Source of the DNA: an uncultured delta proteobacterium
Lineage (GTDB): Bacteria; Desulfobacterota; Binatia; UBA9968
Direction of reading: 5' to 3'
Length of the DNA: 64,000 bases
NCBI GenBank assembly: GCA_963727625.1
Contig: CAVSHR010000009.1
Span: 256,001 to 320,000 of the forward strand
This document shows positions 51,523-62,287 of the stretch, piece after piece. Numbering within the stretch: position 1 is the first letter of the stretch; each line of letters begins with the position of its first letter. Made by a program: the position numbers and the translations under genes. The notes below the pieces were generated by a model. The model saw only the letters and a program-made list of their open reading frames with translations. It made no database searches and was not told the DNA's origin.

Positions 51523-54500
51523 TTACGAGACCGGGCTCTCCGGCAATGTGAAGCTGAAAGTCGAGCCTTTGCCGACCTCGCTCTCTACCCAGATCTTTCC
51601 GCCATGCAGCTCGACAAACTTCTTGGCCAAGGTTAATCCCAGTCCCGTCCCTTCAACCTTCTTGGCATTGTCAGTGCCCACTTGGCGAAACTCCTCGAAG
51701 ATCTTGAGCTGGTCTTCCGGTGAGATTCCAATCCCGGTGTCGCTCACCGAGATTTGCACCTCGCCGTCGGTCTGCTTCGCTTCAATGCCGATCCGTCCCC
51801 CCTCCGGGGTGAACTTCACCGCGTTGGAGAGCAGATTGAGTAAAATCTGTTTGATCTTGCGCTCATCACCCATGAATTCCCCAAGGCGCTCGTCAATGGC
51901 AACGTCGAGATTGATGCCGTGCTTGGTGGCTCTCTCCCTGACAAAAGTCCGGGTGTTCTCGATCGCCAAAGGCAGATCGAATGTAGTTACCTCCAGCTCC
52001 ATGCGCCCGGCCTCGACCTTGGACAGATCGAGAATTTCGTTGATGAGAGACAATAGATGGCGGCCCGAGGTGAGAATATCGTCGGTGTACTCGGCTTGCT
52101 TTTCGTTTAGCTCACCGAACAGCTTTTCCTGCAGGACTTCCGAAAAGCCGATGATGGCGTTGAGCGGAGTTCTAAGCTCGTGGGACATGTTGGCTAAGAA
52201 CTCGGACTTGTGCCGGTTTGCGGCTTCGATCTGCTGGTTCTTCTCTTCGATCTCCCGAAACAGCCGGGCGTTGTGGATCGCCATGACCGACTGGGTGGCG
52301 AAGGTCTGGAGCAGATGGATCACTTCAGGAGGGAAGCTCCCCGGCGTGCGGCGGAAAATCGTCAAACCACCCATGATCCGACTCTCGCGAAATAGTGGGA
52401 CGGACAGCAGGGACCGGTAACCGAGTTCTCGCAACAACGGTCGCAATCGTAGCGAAGTTGCATCCCTCTCATCTTGAATGTCTAGGATTTCTACCGGTGC
52501 TTCATTAAGCGCGGCTTGTCCCAAGGGCCCGCCGCCGAGGCGAATGGGGTTGGCCTGCAGGGCGTCGACAAACTGGTTGTCGATCTGATAGCTGCCCCGA
52601 AGATTGAACTCTTCGCTGGCCTCGTCGTACTCGTAGATCGCCCCACCGGCCGCTCCAGTGAGCTGCACGGCGTGGGAGGCAATGCGCGTCAACACGGTCT
52701 CAACATCCAACGTCGAGCTGACCGTTTGGCCGACTTCTCCCAACGCCTTGAGTTCTCCGACGGAACGCGCGAGCTCTTGCGTTCGTGCCTGCAGCTCTTG
52801 GAAAAGCCTCACGTTCTCGATGGCGATGACCGCTTGACTGGCAAAAGTTTCCAACAGTTTGATTTGGCTATCGGAGAAGGGTCGGACCTCCATGCGGCGG
52901 ATGCCGATAACGCCAATAGGGACGCCTTTGCGTAGCAATGGGGTACCAAGCAGAGTTCGAGCACCCTTCTGCGGACTACCGCTCTCAGGAAATTCGCCTG
53001 CGACTTGTGCGATGTCAGGAACGTGAATGGTTTTACCCTCGAGGACAACTCGGCCCCTTAAGGTCTGGGCGCTAATCACGCGGTCTCTGAACGCCGGCAA
53101 ACTCCCGAATGATGCCGCGAGTCGAAGAACGTCACCCTCAACCCGGTGGATATGCACGTCGTCCGCAGCGCACAACCGGGCGGCGTTCTTAGCCACGGTA
53201 TCGAGCACCGGCTGAATATCCGTCGGCGAGCTGGCGATCACACCCAATATTTCGCTCGTTGCCGTCTGCTGTTCCAAGGCTTCGGTGAGGTCACGATTGC
53301 GCAGCTGCAATTCCTTAAATAAGCGGACGTTTTCGATGGCGATCACCGCTTGATCCGCGAAAGTTTTGACCAGCTCAATCTGCCGGTCCGTAAACGCTTC
53401 GACAAAATCGCGCCAGATCGTAATCGTTCCGGTTGCCACCCCTTCGCGCAGGAGCGGCACAATGAGCATCGTTCGCGCATGAGCTTGTGCTCTCGCGGAA
53501 GAGTAAGATGGCTCCGCTTGCGCGTCCAAAACGTGGACTGGTTTCTTCTCAAATAATGCGCGGCTGCTCATACTCCCTGGACGCGGATTTTGAGGCAATC
53601 GGATAAGAGCCTCCATAACATCGGGACTCTCGTTATAATGTGCGACGTACTTAAGAAGCTCGTTATCGTACTGCCGAATGTGACCTCTTGTTGCCCCAGA
53701 TAGTTTTACCGCATTGGCGAGCAGGGCATCGAGCACCGGTTGTAGTTCCGTGGGGGATCCGGCAATAACACGCAGCACTTCGCTCGTAACCGTTTGCTGC
53801 TCCAACGCCTCCTTGAGTTCGTTGAATAAACGCACGTTTTCGATGGCGATTACCGCCTGGTCAGCAAAGCTTTTAACCAAAGCAATCTGCTTAACTGTGA
53901 ATGGAGCAACTTCCGTGCGGGTAAAACCTATTGCGCCGATGGGAACGCCTTCGCGCATCAATGGAACGCCAAGCATGCTGCGATAGCCATGTGCCAGGCC
54001 TCTACTTTTAGGAAATTCTGCCGCGACTGCCTGGAAATCAGGAATCTGAACGGTTTCACAGTCAACAATCACTCGCCCGTAAACCGAGTTGCGATCTACG
54101 ACGCACTCCGTTCCGACCCGGCTCTGGGTACCCGTTCTATTAGTCGCTGCAATGCGATAGATATCCCCTTCGACCAAAGCGACAGTCGCGTCGATAGCGC
54201 CGCATACGCGCGCAGCGTTTCTGACGACCGTCTCCAACACCGGCTGAATATCCGTCGGCGAGCTGGCGATCACGCCCAAGATTTCACTCGTCGCCGTCTG
54301 CTGCTCCAAAGACTCCTTCAACTCGTTGAACAGCCGGACGTTCTCGATGGCAATCACAGCCTGAGCGGCGAAGGTTTCGAGCAGCTTTACTTGCTTTTCG
54401 GTAAATGGCCGGACTTCGGTTCGACGGATGACTATCGACCCAGTAGGTTCCCCCTGACGAATGAGCGGCGTTGCCAAGACGGTGCGAACTCCCGTGACTT

Positions 54501-55470
54501 GATTCATGCTCTTCGAGTCAGGGTATTCCATGTCGATTTCGGCGGCGACATCGAGCACATGGATCGTCCGCTTATCGATCAAAGCCCGGCCCCCGACAAA
54601 GCGGCGACTGATCGGCAGCGAATCTGCGATCACGGGGATAGAACCATGTCTGGCTACGAGATGGGCGCGTTCATCCAGCTCCCGATAAATCAACGCGTCA
54701 TTAGCTTCACAGAGCCGCGCTGCGTTCTCGGCAACCACATTCAGCACCGGTTGAATGTCGGTCGGTGAGCTGGCGATAACGCCAAGGATCTCACTCGTGG
54801 CGGTTTGCTGCTCCAATGACTCCTTGAGTTCGTTGAACAGCCGTGCGTTCTCGATCGCGATCACGGCTTGATCGGCAAAAGTCTCAAGCAACTTGATTTG
54901 ACCGTCTGAGAAAGGACGAACTTCTTTTCTGCGAATCTGGATACAGCCGACTGCATGGTTTTCATGGAGCAGCGGTGCTGCCAGCACAGTACGCACTCCC
55001 ATAGCAATTCCCCGTGACCTGGCACCCGGGAACTCTCCCTCGCTCGCAACCAGATCATGGACATGGATCGTCCTGACCTCGACGATGGTCCGGCCCGGAG
55101 GTGTGCTTGGACTTATGGGATGGCTTTGCCCTATTTCAGTAACCATCGGGATTAACCCAAAGTGCGATAGCAATCGTTGGTTTTGGCCGTCAACGCGCCA
55201 CACTGCTGCGTCGTCCGCGCCGCAAACGAGAGCGGCATTTTCGGCAATTTTGTCCAACACAGTCTGTAGATCGATGGCCGGACCCGCAATGGCTCGGAGC
55301 ACCTCACGGGTGGCGTTTTTCTGCAACTGAGATTCAGCAAGTTCCTGCCTCAGTACTTTGTTCTCTTTAACGAGTGCCGCAAGTCGATCCTTGAGAGCTG
55401 CCCCGGGCGTCTTTTGGCTCCGGCGCCGCACCTTTGGCTTTGCTTTGGAAGATTTTCTTTTGGAAGCCAT
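51523..55470 (-). CDS. cytoplasmic histidine kinase with six tandem GAF domains
   Basis: six [15 protein letters not shown] GAF ends, [11 protein letters not shown] linkers, [32 protein letters not shown]. Confidence 0.93.
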   Translation of the reverse strand: MASKRKSSKAKPKVRRRSQKTPGAALKDRLAALVKENKVLRQELAESQLQKNATREVLRAIAGPAIDLQTVLDKIAENAALVCGADDAAVWRVDGQNQRLLSHFGLIPMVTEIGQSHPISPSTPPGRTIVEVRTIHVHDLVASEGEFPGARSRGIAMGVRTVLAAPLLHENHAVGCIQIRRKEVRPFSDGQIKLLETFADQAVIAIENARLFNELKESLEQQTATSEILGVIASSPTDIQPVLNVVAENAARLCEANDALIYRELDERAHLVARHGSIPVIADSLPISRRFVGGRALIDKRTIHVLDVAAEIDMEYPDSKSMNQVTGVRTVLATPLIRQGEPTGSIVIRRTEVRPFTEKQVKLLETFAAQAVIAIENVRLFNELKESLEQQTATSEILGVIASSPTDIQPVLETVVRNAARVCGAIDATVALVEGDIYRIAATNRTGTQSRVGTECVVDRNSVYGRVIVDCETVQIPDFQAVAAEFPKSRGLAHGYRSMLGVPLMREGVPIGAIGFTRTEVAPFTVKQIALVKSFADQAVIAIENVRLFNELKEALEQQTVTSEVLRVIAGSPTELQPVLDALLANAVKLSGATRGHIRQYDNELLKYVAHYNESPDVMEALIRLPQNPRPGSMSSRALFEKKPVHVLDAQAEPSYSSARAQAHARTMLIVPLLREGVATGTITIWRDFVEAFTDRQIELVKTFADQAVIAIENVRLFKELQLRNRDLTEALEQQTATSEILGVIASSPTDIQPVLDTVAKNAARLCAADDVHIHRVEGDVLRLAASFGSLPAFRDRVISAQTLRGRVVLEGKTIHVPDIAQVAGEFPESGSPQKGARTLLGTPLLRKGVPIGVIGIRRMEVRPFSDSQIKLLETFASQAVIAIENVRLFQELQARTQELARSVGELKALGEVGQTVSSTLDVETVLTRIASHAVQLTGAAGGAIYEYDEASEEFNLRGSYQIDNQFVDALQANPIRLGGGPLGQAALNEAPVEILDIQDERDATSLRLRPLLRELGYRSLLSVPLFRESRIMGGLTIFRRTPGSFPPEVIHLLQTFATQSVMAIHNARLFREIEEKNQQIEAANRHKSEFLANMSHELRTPLNAIIGFSEVLQEKLFGELNEKQAEYTDDILTSGRHLLSLINEILDLSKVEAGRMELEVTTFDLPLAIENTRTFVRERATKHGINLDVAIDERLGEFMGDERKIKQILLNLLSNAVKFTPEGGRIGIEAKQTDGEVQISVSDTGIGISPEDQLKIFEEFRQVGTDNAKKVEGTGLGLTLAKKFVELHGGKIWVESEVGKGSTFSFTLPESPVS

Positions 55471-55483
55471 CTGGTAAACCTCC

Positions 55484-55522
55484 AAAATAAAAAATCCGGG
55501 CTGGGGGCAGTCCCCAATCCGG
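55484..55522 (-). terminator. intrinsic terminator in the 5' leader of the GAF kinase
   Basis: minus strand CCGGATTGGGG-ACTGC-CCCCAGCCCGG-ATTTTTTATTTT immediately before the GGAGG RBS. Confidence 0.7.
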
Positions 55523-55774
55523 GCAACCGTGTAGCACCCATCATGGATGTGTCTGGCTTGAGTGCTCTGCCTGTGCCTGCTTAGTGAGGATAGACTGGTT
55601 TTTATCTATGACATGCGCTGAGCCACGGTCAAGGCGGAAAATTCACATACTGAACCGACATCTTTTGGGGCCAACATCAGTTATTCGCCCTGGAATTTGA
55701 TTGAATTGAAAAACGCTTCGTGCAACTCAAAACCGCTTGGGCAGGTCGAAAGGAAGTTTAGCTCCCGGTAAAGG

Positions 55775-55803
55775 TTGCCGTGAAACGATTCTCTGATTAG
55801 ACT
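55775..55803 (+). promoter_or_regulatory. sigma70-type promoter, probably giving a leaderless polA mRNA
   Basis: TTGCCG-N17-TAGACT-N7-ATG, no SD; same boxes and spacing before the duplicate at 49496. Confidence 0.65.
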
Positions 55804-55810
55804 CCAAGCG

Positions 55811-58489
55811 ATGGCCAGTAAAAGCCCAAAGCAAGCCGAGAAGAAATCTGACCGCAAAGCAACCAGCGCTGCCAAAGCAGACGCGCACAAGGTGCTGCTC
55901 CTCGACGGCCATTCCCTCGCCTTCCGCGCTTTTTTCGCCCTGCCCGATACCCTGGTCACGTCTTCAGGGCAGGTGACCAACGCCGTTTACGGCTTTACCT
56001 CGATGCTGATCAAGCTGCTCGCCGACGAGCGGCCTCAGGGCGTGGTCGTTTGTTTCGACAAGGGCGCGCCGCAGTTTCGCCTCGATCGCTATGCCGACTA
56101 CAAGGCCGGGCGGGCGGAGACCCCGGAGTTGTTCAAACAGCAGCTGCCGTTGATCCGCGAAGTGCTCGCGAGCCTGCGGATTCCCATGGTCGAGCTCGAA
56201 GGCTACGAAGCCGACGATCTGCTGGCCACCTTGACCCAGCACGCGCGCGAAGAAGGCTGCGAGGTGATTGTCGTCACCGGCGACCGCGATATTCTGCAGC
56301 TGGTGCGCGACGGCGTCTCGGTCGTCATGACCCGCCGCGGTATCTCCGACGTGATCCGTTACGATACCCCCACCGTGCTCGAGCGCTACGGCGTGACGCC
56401 GGAACAGTGGATCGATTTTGTCGCACTCAAGGGCGAAGCTTCGGACAATCTGCCGGGCGTGCCCGGCGTCGGCGACAAGACGGCGGCCCAGCTGATCAAC
56501 AAATACGGCGACATCGAGCAGGTAATCGCCCATGCCGACGAGCTCAAGCCGAAGCTAAGCGAATCGATCAAAAAACATGCCGACCAGGTTCGGATCAACA
56601 AGGAGCTTGGCTGCTTGCTCAACAACGTGCCGCTCGATCTCGATCCGGCTAAACTCCGCCTGGAGGCATGGGACGACGAAGCGGTGCGCAATCTTTTTCT
56701 CTCGCTCGAGCTTCGCACCCTGCACGAGCGGCTGAAGGAGATCAAATTTCATGGCTCCGACGCCGCGACACTCGGCCTCGAAATTAACTCGATGACCGAG
56801 TTCACCTCAGAAACTGAATTGATTCCGGACGAAGTCGTAGCGCTGGCGTGGAATGAGGACTGGCTCGCCGTGAGCGACCGAACCGGCGACGCGCGCTTTC
56901 TGCCTTTTGCCAACGCGCTGAACCGCCTTGCCGGGTGTCTCAAAGATCCCAACCGGCAAAAAATCGCCCATGACGCCAAAGCGCTTTTCCGCGCTGGGCT
57001 CAACGCCAGCGTCGATATCCAGGGTTTCCACTGTGATACCAAACTCGCCGCCTATCTCCTCGAACCCGGCGCTTCGTCAGGATACACCCTGCGCGATACC
57101 GTGCGTCGTTATCTCGGCGTGAGTCTCGACGCGGAGAAAAGCGAGCCGCAGGCAGGCGAGCAAGGCACGCTGTCATTTGCCGACGACGAAAAGCAACGTG
57201 TGTGCCGGGAAGCGGTCGCGGTCCGCGCCCTGGCGCCGGTTATGGAGGAGCAACTCCGCGCGCAAGGCGTCTGGGAGCTTGCGACTGCGCTGGAATTTCC
57301 GTTGATCGCCGTGCTTGCGCGCATGGAGCAAGCCGGCATTCTCGTCGACCGCGACTATCTCGACAAGCTCAACTCCGACTTCGGCCAAAAGGTGACCCGC
57401 CTGGAGCAAACGATTCAAGAGCTCGCCGGCGAAGAATTCAACGTGAACTCCAACGTCCAGCTGCAGCGTATTCTCTTCGACAAACTTAGCCTGCCGAAAA
57501 CCCGAAAAATCAAAACCGGCTACTCCACGGACGCGGCGGAGCTGGAAAAGCTCGTCGGGCGCCATCCGATCGTCGCCTCGCTGGTCGACTACCGCGAAGT
57601 GTCAAAGCTCAAGAACGGTTTCACCGAGATGCTGCTCGGCCTCATCGATCCCGAGACCCGGCGCATCCACACCACCTACGAGCAAACCACGGCCGCCACC
57701 GGGCGACTATCATCGACCGCGCCCAACTTGCAAAACGTTCCGATTCGCGGCGAGCTTGGACGGCAAATTCGCCGCGCTTTCATCGCCCCGCCCGGGCACG
57801 TGCTGCTTTCGGCGGATTATTCGCAGATCGAGCTGCGCGTACTGGCGCATCTCTGCGAGGACGAGACCTTTTGCCAGGCGTTCGCCCAGGGGCATGACTT
57901 CCACGCGACCATCGCCGCCAAAGTTTTCGGCGTTTCTTTGAAGGACGTGACTTCGGAGATGCGCAACCAGGTCAAACAGTTTTCTTATGGCATCGCGTAT
58001 GGAATGTCGACCTACGGCGTCTCGCAGCGGCTTGGCGTCGAAATGGATGAAGCGGCGAGCTTCGTCGAAACCTACTACGCGCAATTTCCGAAGGTAAAAG
58101 AATTTCTCGCCGCCCAGGTGGAGAAGGCAAAGGTCGACGGATTCACCACGACCCTGTTCGGCCGGCGCCGCTACCTGCCGGAATTGCAGTCCTCCAATTT
58201 TCGCCTGCGCGCCTTGGGCGAGCGCATGGCGCTCAACGCGCCGATCCAGGGGAGCGCCGCCGACATTCTCAAGCAGGCGATGATCAACGTCGACGCGGCA
58301 CTGCGCAGAGAGCCGGTCGCGAAAATGCTGCTTACGGTTCACGACGAGCTGGTCTTTGAGGTGGCGGAAGACAAGCTCGCTCGAGCGCGCGCGGTGATCG
58401 AAAGAGAAATGACCCACGCCACCGATCTCCGCTGCGGCTTGTCCGTGGAAGTGCACAGCGGCGCCAATTGGGCCGATGCCCACGCGTAG
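55811..58489 (+). CDS. polA: DNA polymerase I
   Basis: 5'-3' exonuclease (YEADD, TGDRD, SDNLPGVPGVG), TGRLSS, ADYSQIELR, NAPIQG, VHDEL. Confidence 0.97.
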   Translation: MASKSPKQAEKKSDRKATSAAKADAHKVLLLDGHSLAFRAFFALPDTLVTSSGQVTNAVYGFTSMLIKLLADERPQGVVVCFDKGAPQFRLDRYADYKAGRAETPELFKQQLPLIREVLASLRIPMVELEGYEADDLLATLTQHAREEGCEVIVVTGDRDILQLVRDGVSVVMTRRGISDVIRYDTPTVLERYGVTPEQWIDFVALKGEASDNLPGVPGVGDKTAAQLINKYGDIEQVIAHADELKPKLSESIKKHADQVRINKELGCLLNNVPLDLDPAKLRLEAWDDEAVRNLFLSLELRTLHERLKEIKFHGSDAATLGLEINSMTEFTSETELIPDEVVALAWNEDWLAVSDRTGDARFLPFANALNRLAGCLKDPNRQKIAHDAKALFRAGLNASVDIQGFHCDTKLAAYLLEPGASSGYTLRDTVRRYLGVSLDAEKSEPQAGEQGTLSFADDEKQRVCREAVAVRALAPVMEEQLRAQGVWELATALEFPLIAVLARMEQAGILVDRDYLDKLNSDFGQKVTRLEQTIQELAGEEFNVNSNVQLQRILFDKLSLPKTRKIKTGYSTDAAELEKLVGRHPIVASLVDYREVSKLKNGFTEMLLGLIDPETRRIHTTYEQTTAATGRLSSTAPNLQNVPIRGELGRQIRRAFIAPPGHVLLSADYSQIELRVLAHLCEDETFCQAFAQGHDFHATIAAKVFGVSLKDVTSEMRNQVKQFSYGIAYGMSTYGVSQRLGVEMDEAASFVETYYAQFPKVKEFLAAQVEKAKVDGFTTTLFGRRRYLPELQSSNFRLRALGERMALNAPIQGSAADILKQAMINVDAALRREPVAKMLLTVHDELVFEVAEDKLARARAVIEREMTHATDLRCGLSVEVHSGANWADAHA

Positions 58490-58760
58490 GGCTCCGAACC
58501 GAGAAATTCGCATGTCCCACCCCCGGCGTCGCACTCCTGGGGCGTGTTGCGTCTGTTTGACAGATTGCTCAAACGTTTGGATTAGCGATTTCTTTTGTTA
58601 GTCTGCTAGGCAGAGGCGGTAGCACGGCGTCGGCGGATCAAGGAAAGCGCCGAGCAGGGAGAGGAAACCCATCTCCACAGCCTAGGGCGCAGGCACCGAG
58701 ACTTTACGGCGCATCGTTCACTCGCTTGTATACGGCCGAATTGCCGATAAAAATCTGACC

Positions 58761-59012
58761 ATGCCGGCATACGAAATCCACGTTCATTGCGCCGACTGTG
58801 GCGGCGAGCATCCCCTTCTCATGAAAGTCTATATTGAGAACGGCCCGGACGGTAAACAAAGCATAGCCGAATCCTTCCGTGAACGCCCCCTCCCCCCGCA
58901 GCTATTGGCTATCAAAGGCCGAAATGCTCTGTGCCTGAAAACGGGAAGGAAGTTCAAGGTAGAAAACGATGAGCAAATACTTTTGGTGCCGCCTTCGCCT
59001 CTTCCACGATAG
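58761..59012 (+). CDS. small hypothetical Cys/His protein
   Basis: HCADCGGEH...LCLKTG, possible zinc ribbon. Confidence 0.55.
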   Translation: MPAYEIHVHCADCGGEHPLLMKVYIENGPDGKQSIAESFRERPLPPQLLAIKGRNALCLKTGRKFKVENDEQILLVPPSPLPR

Positions 59013-59216
59013 CGCCATCCACTGACAGATTCGTGCTTTTAGATACTGTCCGGTCGTGGATAGGGCGGGAAGAAAGCGGTCAAGCACTGTTTGGCTCATT
59101 CGCTGATTACGCTCTCTAAGAATCGCGACTCACCGGAAACCGTCTAGAAATGGCGAGCCCCTCACGTGAACCTCTTCCGGCCTTTTGCAAAAAACTGCTG
59201 GGCTGACCATGAGTGA

Positions 59217-59924
59217 GTGAAACCCATGGTCTCCATCATCATCCCCGTGTGCAATGACGCCGAGGCCCTTTGTCTAACGCTCGATCATTTGCAACGCCTG
59301 CGACGGATCGAAGGGGCGGAAATTATTGTCGCCGCATGGGGGCAAAGGGAAAAAACGGAAAAGGCCGTTGCCGGGCGCGGCAAAATCATATGGCCCGGCC
59401 AATCGACACGCGCGGCCTTGATGAACGCCGGAGCATCCGTCGCATTCGGCGACATTGTTTTCTTTTTACACGCGGATTCGTTCCCGCCGCTGGACGCCCT
59501 CGTCGAAGTCGAAGCGGCCCTGCGGGATCCCAGGATCGTTGGAGGAGCCTTCGAGCATCGTTTCCAGGAAAAGCTGTGGAGCTTAAAGTTCATCAGCTGG
59601 ATCAACCGGCGACGCTATTTTTTTTCGCGCAATTATTATGGCGACCAAGGGATCTTCGTGCGCGCCGACGTTTTTCGCCTAATTGGCGGTTATCGCGATT
59701 TGTTCATGGAGGACTTGGATTTTAGCCAGCGGGTTAAAAAGGTAGGGCGAACCAAGCTCATTCCTCTTCCTCTGGTCACGTCGGGCCGGCGCTTCATCGC
59801 CTGGGGACCGTGGCGGGCTCTTGCATTTATCGTATGGCTGCTTTTGTTGCATTCCCTGAGGCTTGACACCCAGCGCTATGCCGGTCATTGGAACGCGCGC
59901 GAAGGCCGGAATGTCAAAGCGTGA
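59217..59924 (+). CDS. family 2 glycosyltransferase (TIGR04283-like)
   Basis: SIIIPVCN, RAALMNAGA, FLHADS, YGDQGIFV, MEDLDF, TSGRR. Confidence 0.85.
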   Translation: MKPMVSIIIPVCNDAEALCLTLDHLQRLRRIEGAEIIVAAWGQREKTEKAVAGRGKIIWPGQSTRAALMNAGASVAFGDIVFFLHADSFPPLDALVEVEAALRDPRIVGGAFEHRFQEKLWSLKFISWINRRRYFFSRNYYGDQGIFVRADVFRLIGGYRDLFMEDLDFSQRVKKVGRTKLIPLPLVTSGRRFIAWGPWRALAFIVWLLLLHSLRLDTQRYAGHWNAREGRNVKA

Positions 59925-59935
59925 GAGTTCTCACA

Positions 59936-62278
59936 TCAGGCGTCGTCCTTGTTCAACGGCAACCTGATTGAGAATGTCGTGCCCTGACCCGGCGCACTAT
60001 AGAAACTGAGGCTTCCCTTGTGAGCAGCGACGATCTGGCGCGCGATGACCAGCCCTAAGCCGGTTCCCGTGGGCTTAGTGGTTTTGAACGGCGTAAAAAT
60101 ATCTACGCCCTCCGGAACGCCGGCTCCGGTATCACTCACGTCGATGATCGCGTGATCACCGTCTAGCATGGCGCGCACGGCAAGCGTTCCGCCTTGCGGC
60201 ATCGCTTCCACGCCGTTCTTGCACAGGTTCAGGACCACTTGCTTAAGTCTGTCGCCGTCCGCGAATAATACCGGCAGATCTGCGGCAACCGACTCCGCGA
60301 TGCGGATCCCGCGACTGATATAATTGGGCCGTTCCATTTCGAGCACGTCCCGGATCACCGCCGCCAAGGATATCGGGCGAAAATTGTAGCGCTCCTCGCG
60401 ATAGAGCGAGCGAAACTCGCTCAGCAGGGAATTCACGCGTTTCATCTCTGCGACGATGCTTTGAAAAGAAGACAAGACCTTGTCGTCGCTGATGCCGGCA
60501 TTAACGAGCCGGCGCTCTAATAGCTGCGCGGTCATGAACATACCGTTTAACGGATTGCCGATCTCGTGGGCAAATTTCGCCGAGGTTGCGCCGATCGCCG
60601 CGAGCCGCTCCTTTCCGAGCAATTCGTTCTGCAATTTGGTTTTTTCCGAAATGTCGCGGATAAAAGCCGCGTAGTTGACCTCTTCCCCCGAAGCGATTTG
60701 CGTCACCGATATTTCAATGGGAAAATTCTCGCCGTTCTTGCGCCGTCCCGCGACCGTGCGAATCCGTCCGATCGCCCACGGCTCGCCAGTGGTTTCATAG
60801 CGCGCGATGTATTCGTCATGCTCGGAAGCATGGGGTTCGGCCATGAGTATATTGATTTTCTTTCCCTCCACTTCGGACTTCGCGTAGCCGAAGATTTTCT
60901 CAGCGGCCGGGTTGAACATGACAATGCGTGCCCGGCGATCGATGGAAATGACCGCGTCCTGGGTGGCGTCGATTAAGGTGCGAACCCAACGCTCGGCCTT
61001 TCGCTGCTCGGTAAGGTCACGCATGATGACCTGCATCGCGGCCCCTCCCTCCCAAGCCAGCGGTGCTGACACGGCCTCCACGTCCACAAGCGTCCCGTCC
61101 AATCGCAGCCTCCGTTGATAACTCGGCGGATTCGGTTTTCCGGTTTCCATCGCTCGATGGTAGCGGACTTCGACTTCCGCTCGGGTCTCTTGCGGAAATA
61201 GATCGAACGGCGAACGGCCGATCAGATCTTCCGCCGTCGACGCGCCGAACAGCCGAATGGCGGCTTTGTTAACGTAGACGATGCGGCGATCAAAATGCAC
61301 GTAGACCGCGTCAGGATTAAGATCGACCAAGGCGCGATAGTGTTCTTGGCTTTGGCGCAAAGAACCTTCCGCTTGGAGACGGGTCAAAATCTCTCGTTTC
61401 AGCATCTCGTTGGTCTTTTCCAAGTCGGCGGTTCGTTCTTGAACCCGCGACTCCAGCTGATTGTGAGATTCCTGCAAGGCTTGGGTCGTGGTCTGCAACT
61501 CCCCAGCCATTTGGTCCACCGCTTGGCCGATGGTTGCCAGCTCATCGCGACCAGCGAGATTCACGCGCGCGTTCAAGTCACCCGCCGCTAATCGTTCGGT
61601 GGTGCTGACGATTTGCCTGATCCGTAGGTGCGCTAAAGTTCGCTTGAGCTGCAAAAAGACCAGTCCGAAGGCGGCGGCAAACAACAGCCAAACAAAACTC
61701 AGGCGGCGAATGACCTGCCACCGCGCCGTTGTTTTCAAGCGGCCGAGGTCGTACCGCGACAGCAGATATCCCGTCGAGGGTCTTTGCGTCGCGCCGGTGT
61801 CATTCGGCAGCAGAACGGGATAGCAAACAAACACACTTTTACGATCGCCGCTCAATCGGACGACACCCTTCCAGCGGTTCCCCTTGCAGGCGGCAAGTTC
61901 AGGGATGAGTTCCGGCACCGCGGACGCGAGCGGATAACCGACGAGCGCGAGTCGCGTGGCCGCGACAACTTTTTCCCGCTCATCGATGAACACCACATCT
62001 TTGATTTGTTCTTGGAAGCTTTGATTGACAACGGCGCTCTGCACGCTGGACATGTCGTGCTGGCGCAGACGGTAGGCGATCGCGCCCTGCAGGTTGGACA
62101 TCGTCACCGAGACATCGGCCCGTCCTTTTTCTTCTACGCTCCGCAGGGCGTCTTTGAATTCAAAAACTGAAAAGAACACCAGAAACGCGATGCCACCAAT
62201 GCCAATGACCAGTGGAAGCAGCAGCCGGACCGGCAGCGGTCGGCGTAGATTAGGATTTGCAGCTATGGAATCAGTCAT
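59936..62278 (-). CDS. membrane histidine kinase with HAMP and two PAS domains (second FixL-like)
   Basis: two TM helices, DELATIG HAMP, LMAEPHASEHDEYIARY, AHEIGNPL, GTGLGL. Confidence 0.9.
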   Translation of the reverse strand: MTDSIAANPNLRRPLPVRLLLPLVIGIGGIAFLVFFSVFEFKDALRSVEEKGRADVSVTMSNLQGAIAYRLRQHDMSSVQSAVVNQSFQEQIKDVVFIDEREKVVAATRLALVGYPLASAVPELIPELAACKGNRWKGVVRLSGDRKSVFVCYPVLLPNDTGATQRPSTGYLLSRYDLGRLKTTARWQVIRRLSFVWLLFAAAFGLVFLQLKRTLAHLRIRQIVSTTERLAAGDLNARVNLAGRDELATIGQAVDQMAGELQTTTQALQESHNQLESRVQERTADLEKTNEMLKREILTRLQAEGSLRQSQEHYRALVDLNPDAVYVHFDRRIVYVNKAAIRLFGASTAEDLIGRSPFDLFPQETRAEVEVRYHRAMETGKPNPPSYQRRLRLDGTLVDVEAVSAPLAWEGGAAMQVIMRDLTEQRKAERWVRTLIDATQDAVISIDRRARIVMFNPAAEKIFGYAKSEVEGKKINILMAEPHASEHDEYIARYETTGEPWAIGRIRTVAGRRKNGENFPIEISVTQIASGEEVNYAAFIRDISEKTKLQNELLGKERLAAIGATSAKFAHEIGNPLNGMFMTAQLLERRLVNAGISDDKVLSSFQSIVAEMKRVNSLLSEFRSLYREERYNFRPISLAAVIRDVLEMERPNYISRGIRIAESVAADLPVLFADGDRLKQVVLNLCKNGVEAMPQGGTLAVRAMLDGDHAIIDVSDTGAGVPEGVDIFTPFKTTKPTGTGLGLVIARQIVAAHKGSLSFYSAPGQGTTFSIRLPLNKDDA

Positions 62279-62287
62279 AGGGTATGA

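Noticed and set aside
58600-58720. Possible structured RNA downstream of polA (GCGCC...GGCGC with a GGAGA/TCTCC hairpin)
   Set aside because: No recognisable tRNA or RNA-family features; pairing of this strength is common in GC-rich DNA.
59217-59924. Arsenosugar pathway linking this GT2 to the ArsM-like gene
   Set aside because: The genes are 43 kb apart and no radical SAM partner is in the window.
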